A program made the translations under genes and the position numbers. Shown piece by piece: positions 17,832 through 25,292 of a DNA stretch of 64,000 nt (position 1 is its first letter; each line of letters starts with the position of its first letter). Origin of the DNA: Rubrivivax sp. (GTDB taxonomy: Bacteria > Pseudomonadota > Gammaproteobacteria > Burkholderiales > Burkholderiaceae_C). Below the pieces are notes generated by a model. It was given only the letters and a program-made list of their open reading frames with translations, did no database searches and had not been told where the DNA came from. The stretch is taken from contig JADCGQ010000058.1 in assembly GCA_020248945.1 (NCBI GenBank), forward strand, positions 19,189 to 83,188. Direction: 5' to 3'.

Positions 17832-17854
17832 GCCGGGATTGTCGGCACCCGAAT

Positions 17855-17893
17855 CTGAACGCGCCATGAACGCCGTCTTCACGGCCCGTTCAG
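17855..17893. promoter_or_regulatory. 39-bp symmetric element with four TGAAC/GTTCA-type half sites at 11-bp spacing (candidate RR operator)
   Basis: The sequence is CTGAACGcgccaTGAACgccgtcTTCACggccCGTTCAG, with 30/39 self-complementarity. It lies in the 106-bp divergent region between the PepSY operon and the cytochrome operon. Confidence 0.35.
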
Positions 17894-17937
17894 GCGTGAG
17901 TTTCAAGAATGACCTTCATTCGAGTTGCAGGCCCCCC

Positions 17938-18375
17938 ATGCGAACCATGCCCGACCCCTCCCACACCGACAGACCCCTGCTGCGCGCGCTCGCGCTGGCG
18001 CTGGCTTCAGGGCTGCTGGCTGCCGCGCCGGTGCAGGCCGCCGACACCACGGCCGCGCAGCAGCTCGACCGCTTCAGCACCGCCGCCGGTGCGCCCGGCC
18101 AGGCCGAGCGCGGGCGTGTGTTCTTCACCACCGCCCACGGCGGCGAGTGGTCGTGCGCCTCGTGCCACGGCGCGCGGCCGGTGGCACCGGGCCGCCACGC
18201 CAGCACCGGCAAGGCCCTCGATGCATTGGCACCGGGCTTCAACCCGCAGGCCTTCACAGACACCGCCAAGGTCGACAAGTGGTTCCGCCGCAACTGCAAG
18301 GACGTGCTGCAACGCGAGTGCAGCGCCGCCGAGAAGGCCGATGTGCTGGCCTGGCTGCTGAGCCTGAAGCCCTAA
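17938..18375 (+). CDS. monohaem cytochrome c, SHP-like (DUF1924 family)
   Basis: Signal peptide, a single CASCH motif and the C-terminal KVDKWFRRNCKDVL block. An alternative in-frame ATG at 17866 is less compatible with a signal peptide. Confidence 0.75.
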   Translation: MRTMPDPSHTDRPLLRALALALASGLLAAAPVQAADTTAAQQLDRFSTAAGAPGQAERGRVFFTTAHGGEWSCASCHGARPVAPGRHASTGKALDALAPGFNPQAFTDTAKVDKWFRRNCKDVLQRECSAAEKADVLAWLLSLKP

Positions 18376-18400
18376 CGCCGCTGAACCCCAAGGACACGCC

Positions 18401-18901
18401 ATGAAGCCCACCCCCCTGCTGCCCGCCTTGCTGACGCTGCTGGCACTGGCACCCACCGCGCGCGCCGACGGCCCGCTGATGCCGCTGCGCGTGCCGCCGG
18501 CCTACACGCAGGAGTGCGGCGCCTGCCACACCGCCTACCCGCCGGCCCTGCTGCCGGCACGATCGTGGAAGCGGGTGATGGGCGAGCTCGAGCAGCACTA
18601 CGGCAGCGACGCCACGCTCGACCCGAAGACGCTGCAGCAGCTCGACGGCTGGTTGCAGCAGCACGCCGGCACCTCCCGGCGCGCGGCCGAAGAACCCCCG
18701 CAGGACCGCATCACGCGATCGGCCTGGTTCGAGCGCGAGCACCGCAAGATCGATGCGGCGGTGTGGAAGCTGCCCAGCGTGAAGAGCGCCGCGCAGTGCG
18801 CGGCCTGCCACGGCGACGCCGACCAGGGCCGCTTCGACGAGCGCGGGCTGCGCCTGCCGGCCGGCCTGAGCGCCGGCCAGCGCCGGGCCTGGAACGACTG
18901 A
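18401..18901 (+). CDS. dihaem cytochrome c (DHC family)
   Basis: Signal peptide and two haem motifs, CGACH and CAACH. Confidence 0.8.
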   Translation: MKPTPLLPALLTLLALAPTARADGPLMPLRVPPAYTQECGACHTAYPPALLPARSWKRVMGELEQHYGSDATLDPKTLQQLDGWLQQHAGTSRRAAEEPPQDRITRSAWFEREHRKIDAAVWKLPSVKSAAQCAACHGDADQGRFDERGLRLPAGLSAGQRRAWND

Positions 18902-18917
18902 AGCACCGGAGAGCCTC

Positions 18918-19691
18918 ATGACCACCACCACCGCACCCCACACCACTGACGCAGCCGCCCCGGTTGCCGCACCCAGCCGCCGCACCGTCGACGCGCCCAC
19001 GCGCATGTTCCACGCCCTGTTCGCACTCAGCTTCCTGGGCGCCTACCTCACCGCCGAAGGCGAGCGCTGGCGCGCGCTGCACGTGACGCTGGGCTACACC
19101 TTCGCCGGCCTGCTGCTGGCGCGCGTGCTGTACTGCCTGCTCGGCCCGCGCCAGGCCGGGCTGGGCCTGCTGTGGCGCAAGCTGCTGGGCGCGCCGGCCT
19201 GGCTGCGCGCGCTGGCGCAGGCCGCCCGTGCCCGGCCACTGGCGGGCGCGCTGCAGGCCCTGCCCTGGCGCCAGGGCCAGAACCTGCTGATGGCGCTGGC
19301 CATCGTGCTGTTGCTGGTGCTGGCCCTGCCGCTCACCCTGAGCGGCTACGCCACCTACCAGGAATGGGGCGACGTGTTCGGTGGCGAGCTGTTCGCCGAG
19401 CTGCACGAGACATTGGGCAACGCGCTGCTGGCCCTGGTGTTGCTGCACGTGGGGCTGGTGGCCCTGCTCAGCCTGCTGCGCCGCCGCAACCTGGCGATGC
19501 CCATGCTGAGCGGCCGTGTCGAAGGCGCCGGGCCCGATCTCGTGAAGCACAACCGCGTCGCCCTGGCCCTGGCGCTGCTGCTGGCGGTGCTGGCCTTCGG
19601 CAGCTGGCAATGGCAGACGACACCGGGCAGTCTGCTGCCGTCGGCCGCCTCGGCCACAAGCGAGCGCGGGCATGTGGATGACGACGATTGA
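18918..19691 (+). CDS. membrane cytochrome b (b561/hydrogenase-type b subunit family)
   Basis: Four predicted TM segments with conserved His residues (MFHALFALSF, ALHVTLGY, ELHETLGN, LLHVGLV). Confidence 0.8.
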   Translation: MTTTTAPHTTDAAAPVAAPSRRTVDAPTRMFHALFALSFLGAYLTAEGERWRALHVTLGYTFAGLLLARVLYCLLGPRQAGLGLLWRKLLGAPAWLRALAQAARARPLAGALQALPWRQGQNLLMALAIVLLLVLALPLTLSGYATYQEWGDVFGGELFAELHETLGNALLALVLLHVGLVALLSLLRRRNLAMPMLSGRVEGAGPDLVKHNRVALALALLLAVLAFGSWQWQTTPGSLLPSAASATSERGHVDDDD

Positions 19692-19701
19692 GCCCGTCGA
19701 G

Positions 19702-19842
19702 CCCCACCCTCCGTTCGGGCTGAGCTTGTCGAAGCCCCACCCTCCGTTCGGGCTGAGCTTGTCGAAGCCCTGCGTGCGCAGCAGCAGGCCCTTCGACAGG
19801 CTCAGGGCGAACGGAGCAAGAGCCCTTCGACAGCCTCAGCCC
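19702..19842. repeat. REP-like element cluster (same family as 2178-2302)
   Basis: The 33-bp unit CCCCACCCTCCGTTCGGGCTGAGCTTGTCGAAG occurs twice in tandem (19702-19734, 19735-19767). An inverted copy lies at 19788-19816 and a partial inverted copy at 19822-19842, overlapping the dgkA stop. Confidence 0.8.
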
Positions 19843-20261
19843 AGCAGCCGGCCCGCCACCACCGCACCCCAGGTGACCAGGGCCATCAACAGCGCCAGCA
19901 TCACCGCCGCGCTGCCCAGGTCCTTGGCGCGACCCAGGCGCTCGCGGCGATCGAGCGCGATCTCGTCGGCCAGCGCCTCCAGCGCCGAGTTCAGCAGCTC
20001 CACCACCCACACCGCCACCACGCTGCCCGCCAGCAGCAGCGCCTCGGCCACGCTGCGGCCCACCCAGGGCGCCGCCAGCAACAGCGGCAGCCCCAGCGCC
20101 AGCTCCTGCCGAAAGGCGGCCTCGTGGCGCAGCGCGGCCTTGAAGCCGGCCCACGAATAGCCGGCGGCACGCACGATGCGGCGCAGCCCGCCATGGCTCT
20201 TGAACGGGCTGCGGTCGTTGGGTTCGGTGGGTGGCCTCATGCGGGTTCGGGCCGCTTTCAT
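19836..20261 (-). CDS. dgkA: diacylglycerol kinase
   Basis: Contains RIVRAAGYSWAGFKAALRHEAAFRQE...VELLNSALEALAD...AKDLGSAAV. It has an ATGA overlap with the upstream kinase gene. Confidence 0.85.
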   Translation of the reverse strand: MKAARTRMRPPTEPNDRSPFKSHGGLRRIVRAAGYSWAGFKAALRHEAAFRQELALGLPLLLAAPWVGRSVAEALLLAGSVVAVWVVELLNSALEALADEIALDRRERLGRAKDLGSAAVMLALLMALVTWGAVVAGRLLG

Positions 20262-21574
20262 GCCGCGCCCGGCGGGCCCAGGTTCATCGCCACCGCAAAG
20301 CCCTGCGCCACCGCCGGCAGCGTGACCCGTCCGCCGTGGGCGCGTGCCACGCGGTCGGCCAGCATCAGGCCCAGGCCGCCGGTGTCGGCATAACGTTCTT
20401 CGGCCAGCGCCTGCGCCAGCTGTTCGCGCCGCGCGGCGGTGACGCCGGGGCCGTCGTCGACCATCTGCAAGCCGTGGCCAGCGGCGGTGAGACTCAAGAT
20501 GACGTGCCGGGCGCCGTGGCGCTGCGCGTTGTCGAGCAGATTCAGCAAGGCGGCAGACAGCAGGTCGGCATCGGCATCGAGGCTGTCCTCGCCCTGCACC
20601 TGCACCTCGAGCGCAAAGGCCGGCAGCCGCGCCACCAGCGCGGCCAGCTGCACCGGCCCGCGCTGCAGCGAGGCCGTGCCGTCGACGCTGCGGAACAGCC
20701 CCAGCAGCGCCGCCACCACATGCTGCAGCCGCGCCGCCGCGCCGCGCACGCGCACCAGGCGCTCGGCCAGTTCGGGCGGCGCGCTGCGCGCGGCCACTGC
20801 CAATTGCGCGTCGATGCCGGCCAGTGGGGTGCGCAGCGCGTGCGCAGCGTGCGCCGAAAACGCCTGTTCGTGGGCCAGCCGCGAGGCCAGCCGCACCGCC
20901 AGGCCTTCGATGGCCTCGTGCACCGGCGCCAGCTCCTGCCGTGCCGGAACGCCCAGCGCCGCGGAAGGCGGGCCGTCATCGAGCCGCCACTGCGCGAGCC
21001 GCTGCGACAGTTGCTGCAAGGGCTCCAGTTCGTGGCGCACACGCGCGCGCAGCCACAGCTGGCCGAGCAGGCCCACGGCCAGCGCCGAGAGCACGGCGCC
21101 GAGCGCCACCTCGCTGCGCGCCTCGGCGCGCTCGTCACGGGTCTGCGCCGCGTAGAGAAAGCGCCCGTCGTGGCCGGCCGCCTGGCCGTAGATGCGCCAA
21201 CCCGGCACATCGGCAAAACCAGCCCTCGGCGCGGTGTGCCAGGCGGCCTGCGGCGCGCGCACCGAGCGCAGAAGCACGCGGCCGTCGGCGGCCACCAGCT
21301 GCCACGCAAAGTGCTTGGCAGGCACGGCACCGATGCCACGGGCCGCATCGGCTGCATCGGCGGCGTCGGGGGTCTGGGCCACCAGCGCCGTCATCAGCTC
21401 GGCCGAGTCGCGCAGCGCCTCGTCGAGCAGCTCGTCCACCTCGTAGCTGGCGGCCAGCCACACCGCCAGGCCCACGGCCAGGCCCCACACCAGCGCCCAG
21501 CCCATGAGGGCGCGCGCCAGACGGCCGGCGATCGACGGCGGTGCAGCAGCCTGCAGCATCGGGCCGGGCTTCAC
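20258..21574 (-). CDS. sensor histidine kinase (PmrB/QseC-like)
   Basis: Two TM segments, H-box FSAHAAHALRTPLA, N-box NLLDNAQRH and G-box DDGPGV..GGLGLMLA. It has a GTGA overlap with the RR gene. Confidence 0.85.
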   Translation of the reverse strand: MKPGPMLQAAAPPSIAGRLARALMGWALVWGLAVGLAVWLAASYEVDELLDEALRDSAELMTALVAQTPDAADAADAARGIGAVPAKHFAWQLVAADGRVLLRSVRAPQAAWHTAPRAGFADVPGWRIYGQAAGHDGRFLYAAQTRDERAEARSEVALGAVLSALAVGLLGQLWLRARVRHELEPLQQLSQRLAQWRLDDGPPSAALGVPARQELAPVHEAIEGLAVRLASRLAHEQAFSAHAAHALRTPLAGIDAQLAVAARSAPPELAERLVRVRGAAARLQHVVAALLGLFRSVDGTASLQRGPVQLAALVARLPAFALEVQVQGEDSLDADADLLSAALLNLLDNAQRHGARHVILSLTAAGHGLQMVDDGPGVTAARREQLAQALAEERYADTGGLGLMLADRVARAHGGRVTLPAVAQGFAVAMNLGPPGAA

Positions 21575-22233
21575 GGCGCGGGCTTGTCGACGCGGTAGCC
21601 GAGGCCGCGCACGGTGTCGATCAGCTCGCGGCCGAGCTTGCGCCGCAGCGAGGACACATGCACCTCGAGCGCGTTGCTCGCCAGCTCGGCCTCGAAGCCG
21701 AGCACCAGCTTTTCAAGATCGGCCTTGGGCACGATGCGGCCGGCGCGCAGCACCAGCGCCTCGAGCACCGCCCACTCGCGCGCCGTGAGCTCCACGCGCA
21801 CACCGGCCAGCGTGGCGGCGCGGGCCTGCAGGTCGACGGCCACCTCGGCGTGGCGCCAGTGGCCGTCGGCGCCGCCGCTGCTGCGCCGCGACACCGCGCG
21901 CAAGCGGGCAGCCAGTTCCTCGGGGGCAAAGGGCTTCACGAGGTAGTCGTCGGCGCCCGCGTCCAGGCCTTCGATGCGCTGGGTGAGCAGGTCGCGTGCC
22001 GTCAGCATGAGGGCCGGCGTGCGGTCGCCGCGGCCGCGGCGCTGGCGCAGCCAGTCGAGGCCCGAGCCGTCGGGCAGCTGCCAGTCGACGAGCAGCGCGT
22101 CGAAGGGCTCGCCGGCCATCGCACCGGCCTCGGCCAGCGAGCGGCACCAGTCGACGACGTGGCCGTCGGCGGCGAGCCAGTCGCGCAGGCCTTCACCAAG
22201 CAGCAGGTCGTCTTCGAGCAGCAGCAGGCGCAT
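21571..22233 (-). CDS. OmpR-family response regulator (PmrA/QseB-like)
   Basis: Contains MRLLLLEDDLLLGEGL...DALLVDWQLPDGSG...LMLTARD plus a winged-helix GYRV. Confidence 0.9.
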   Translation of the reverse strand: MRLLLLEDDLLLGEGLRDWLAADGHVVDWCRSLAEAGAMAGEPFDALLVDWQLPDGSGLDWLRQRRGRGDRTPALMLTARDLLTQRIEGLDAGADDYLVKPFAPEELAARLRAVSRRSSGGADGHWRHAEVAVDLQARAATLAGVRVELTAREWAVLEALVLRAGRIVPKADLEKLVLGFEAELASNALEVHVSSLRRKLGRELIDTVRGLGYRVDKPAP

Positions 22234-22336
22234 GGTGTCGGAATCGAGGAAGTGCAGCACGCTATCACTGCCACTGCAACCCGCGAACATCGCCGCCGCG
22301 CATGAAGCCCACCTGAAGGACCGGCTCGCGGGGGGT

Positions 22337-22353
22337 CTTCAGTCCCGCTTCAC
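22337..22353 (+). promoter_or_regulatory. direct hexamer repeat CTTCAG-N5-CTTCAC (PmrA-box-like) upstream of eptA
   Basis: Has the 11-bp periodicity typical of OmpR-family sites. It lies 24 nt upstream of the eptA ATG, in the divergent RR/eptA region. Confidence 0.3.
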
Positions 22354-22376
22354 GCAGCAGGCCGCCAATCCCCGGC

Positions 22377-24047
22377 ATGACCCTGACCGGGGAACGCCCC
22401 TTCCGCATCCGCGCCCGCATCGAAGAGTTGCTGCTGGCAGCGGCCGTGTTCTGGCTGCTGGCCGGCAACCAGCCCTTCCTGCACGACGCGCTGCAGGGCC
22501 GCAGCCTGCAGAGCACCGACGGCCTTCAGCTGGCCGCCACGCTGGTGCTGGCCGTGGTGGCGCTGCACGTGCTGCTGCTGGGCCTGGTGGCGCAGCGGCA
22601 CACGGTGAAGCCGCTGCTGGCGCTGCTGACGCTGGTCACGGCGCCGGCGGCCTGGTTCACCAGCCGCTACGGCGTGGTGCTCGATCCGACCATGCTGCGC
22701 AACGTGGTGCACACCGACGTGGCCGAGGCGTCGGAGCTGCTGGGCTGGCCGCTCTTCGTGCACCTGGCGCTGTACGCCGCCGCGCCGCTGGCGCTGCTGG
22801 CGCTGGTGGAGGTGCAGCCGCACCCGTCTTGGCGCGACGCCGTGCAGGCGCGGGCTGCCCTGCTGCTGGGCGCCGCTGCGGTGCTGGCGCTGTCGCTGCT
22901 GGCCAGCTACCAGCCGCTGGCGTCGATGATGCGCACGCACAAGGAGCTGCGCTACCGCGTCACGCCGGCCAACGTGCTGTGGTCGGTGGGCGCGGTGGCC
23001 GCGGCCGAGCTGCGCGGCGCCGCCCAGCCGCGCCAGCCCATCGGCACCGATGCCCGGCCGGGCCCGGCACAGCGGGCGCGGCAGCGCCCGCTGGTGCTGG
23101 TGGTGGGCGAGACGGCACGCGCCGCGAACTGGGGCCTGGCCGGCTACGCCCGCGACACCACGCCGCGGCTGCGCCAGCTGCCGGTGCTGGACTTCGGCGC
23201 CGTGCAGGCCTGCGGCACCAACACCGAGGTGAGCGTGCCCTGCCTGTTTGCACCCGTGGGCCGGCGCGACTACGACGAGGCCCGCATCCGCAGCCAGGAG
23301 TCGCTGCTGCACGTGCTGGCACGCGCCGGCGTGGCCGTGCACTGGCGCGACAACCAGAGCGGCTGCAAGGGCGTGTGCGACGGCCTGCCTGGCGACCGCC
23401 CCACGCCGGCCAGCGCGCCCGGCCTGTGCGAGGGCGAACGCTGCCGCGACGAGGCGCTGGTGCACGACATCGACGACCGCCTGGTGCAGCTGGGCGGCAC
23501 GCCATCGACCCAGGTGTGGGTGCTGCACATGCTGGGCAACCACGGGCCGGCCTACTTCCGCCGCCACCCGCCGCCCTTCACGGCCTACGAGCCCGAGTGC
23601 CGCGACGAAGACCTCGGCCGCTGCAGCCCGCAGGCCATCGTCAACGCCTACGACAACGCGCTGCGCTACACCGACGAGGTGCTGGCGCGCACCATCGAAC
23701 GCCTGGCGGCGCACGCCGGGCAGGTGGACTCGGCGCTGCTGTACGTCTCCGACCATGGCGAGTCGCTGGGCGAGCACGGCCTGTACCTGCACGGGCTGCC
23801 GTACGCCATCGCGCCCGACGTGCAGAAGCAGGTGCCGATGCTGTTCTGGGCTTCCAGCGGCTTCGAGCCGGCCGCGGGGCTGCAAGCCGGCTGCCTGATG
23901 GGCCCGCTGGCGCAGCGCGCCCGCGCGGGCGGTGTCGCGCACGACCACATCTTCCACACCGTGCTCGGGCTGCTCGATGTGCAAACCGCCTTGCACGAGC
24001 CGTCCCTCGACTTGGTGGTCGGCTGCCGGGCCGCCAGCGCACGATGA
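22377..24047 (+). CDS. eptA: lipid A phosphoethanolamine transferase (EptA/PmrC/MCR family)
   Basis: Five N-terminal TM segments. Sulfatase-fold motifs: VVGETARAANWGLAGY (Thr nucleophile), HMLGNHGPAY, YDNALRYTD and SDHGESLGEHGLYLHG. Confidence 0.9.
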   Translation: MTLTGERPFRIRARIEELLLAAAVFWLLAGNQPFLHDALQGRSLQSTDGLQLAATLVLAVVALHVLLLGLVAQRHTVKPLLALLTLVTAPAAWFTSRYGVVLDPTMLRNVVHTDVAEASELLGWPLFVHLALYAAAPLALLALVEVQPHPSWRDAVQARAALLLGAAAVLALSLLASYQPLASMMRTHKELRYRVTPANVLWSVGAVAAAELRGAAQPRQPIGTDARPGPAQRARQRPLVLVVGETARAANWGLAGYARDTTPRLRQLPVLDFGAVQACGTNTEVSVPCLFAPVGRRDYDEARIRSQESLLHVLARAGVAVHWRDNQSGCKGVCDGLPGDRPTPASAPGLCEGERCRDEALVHDIDDRLVQLGGTPSTQVWVLHMLGNHGPAYFRRHPPPFTAYEPECRDEDLGRCSPQAIVNAYDNALRYTDEVLARTIERLAAHAGQVDSALLYVSDHGESLGEHGLYLHGLPYAIAPDVQKQVPMLFWASSGFEPAAGLQAGCLMGPLAQRARAGGVAHDHIFHTVLGLLDVQTALHEPSLDLVVGCRAASAR

Positions 24048-24715
24048 AGGCACAGCCGCGGCCCGCTGCCGACGCCCTGCTGCTCGGTGGCACGCTGCTG
24101 CTGGTGCTGGCCTGGGACTTGTCTGGCGCCGACCTCGCGCTCAGTGCCCTGGTCGGTGGCGAGGCCCGCTTTCCGCTGCGCGCGCCCGGCACCTGGGCCA
24201 GCCGCCTGCACGAGGCCGGGCGCTGGCTGGCCGGCCTGATGCTCGCCTTGCAGGCCGCGCACGCGCTGGGGCCGCGGCGCAGCGCCGCCCGGCTGTGGAC
24301 GCTGCTGGCCACGCTGGCGACCCTGGCGGTGGTGCCCTTGCTCAAGCGCACCAGCGCCACCAGCTGCCCCTGGGACGTGCTCGATTTCGGCGGCCCGGTT
24401 CCCCACGTGCCGCACCTGTGGTTGTGGGTCCGCGACGGGGGTCCGGGCCACTGCTTCCCGTCGGGGCACGCCGTGGCGGCCTTTGCCTTCTTGGTGCCTG
24501 CGCTGGCCCTGCGCCGCCACGCGCCACGCGCGGCGGTCGCGGCGGGTGCCGGCGTGCTGCTGCTGGGCACGCTCTTCGGCACGCTGCAGGTGCTGCGGGG
24601 TGCTCACTACGTGAGCCATGTGATGTGGTCGGGCTGGCTGTGCCTGGCACTGGCGGTGGCGGCCGATCAGGGATGGGCGGCCGTGCAAGGGCGCGCCGCA
24701 GCGCGCGCAGGATGA
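24044..24715 (+). CDS. PAP2-family membrane phosphatase
   Basis: PAP2 motifs: KR...SCPWD, PSGH and ...RGAHYVSH. It has an ATGA overlap with eptA. Start located at 24044 within a longer track ORF. Confidence 0.8.
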   Translation: MKAQPRPAADALLLGGTLLLVLAWDLSGADLALSALVGGEARFPLRAPGTWASRLHEAGRWLAGLMLALQAAHALGPRRSAARLWTLLATLATLAVVPLLKRTSATSCPWDVLDFGGPVPHVPHLWLWVRDGGPGHCFPSGHAVAAFAFLVPALALRRHAPRAAVAAGAGVLLLGTLFGTLQVLRGAHYVSHVMWSGWLCLALAVAADQGWAAVQGRAAARAG

Positions 24716-25248
24716 TCCAATCCGGTGTGATGAACACCCTGCGCCGCATCCACCCCCACGAGCCCCTGCCGATCGACAGCCTGGCCGCACTCACGATCGA
24801 CTGCGTCGACGGCGGCGCCTCGATCGGCTTCATGCACCCGCTGTCCGAGGCCCAGGCGCGGGCCTTCTGGCAACGCGTGGCCGCGGGCGTGGCGGCGGGC
24901 GAGCGCGCGCTGCTGGTGGCGGAGGACGCCGAGGGCGTGATCGGCACGGTGCAGCTGCTGCTGGCCCAGCCCGACAACCAGCCGCACCGCGCCGACCTCG
25001 CCAAGCTGCAGGTGCACCGCCGCGCCCGCGGCCGCGGGCTGGCCGAGGCGCTGATGCGCGAGGCCGAGCAGATGGCCGCCGACTGCGGCAAGTCGCTGCT
25101 GGTGCTGGACACCGTGACCGGCAGCGCCGCCGACCGGCTGTACACGCGCCTGGGCTGGCAGCGCGTGGGCGAGGTGCCCGACTTCGCGCTGTGGCCACGC
25201 GGCGGGCTGTGCCCGACGACGTTCTTCTACAAGCGCGTCGGCGGCTGA
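24712..25248 (+). CDS. GNAT family N-acetyltransferase
   Basis: Motif A is VHRRARGRGLAEALMREAE. It has an ATGA overlap with pap2; an alternative ATG lies at 24730. Confidence 0.75.
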   Translation: MIQSGVMNTLRRIHPHEPLPIDSLAALTIDCVDGGASIGFMHPLSEAQARAFWQRVAAGVAAGERALLVAEDAEGVIGTVQLLLAQPDNQPHRADLAKLQVHRRARGRGLAEALMREAEQMAADCGKSLLVLDTVTGSAADRLYTRLGWQRVGEVPDFALWPRGGLCPTTFFYKRVGG

Positions 25249-25292
25249 GCGGACGAACCGGAAGCGCCCTCGCCGCGCACTAGCATCGCCGC

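Noticed and set aside
17866-17937. An upstream in-frame ATG (17866, MNAVFTARSG...) as the start of the SHP-like cytochrome gene.
   Set aside because: It would place 24 polar residues ahead of the signal peptide, and it lies inside the symmetric operator-like element. The start at 17938 gives a normal n-h-c signal sequence.
19702-19767. Tandem 33-bp repeats as a possible mini CRISPR array.
   Set aside because: The two units are directly adjacent with no spacers. Inverted copies of the same unit follow, and the same core occurs at 2178-2302. This is a REP-type element, and no cas genes are present.
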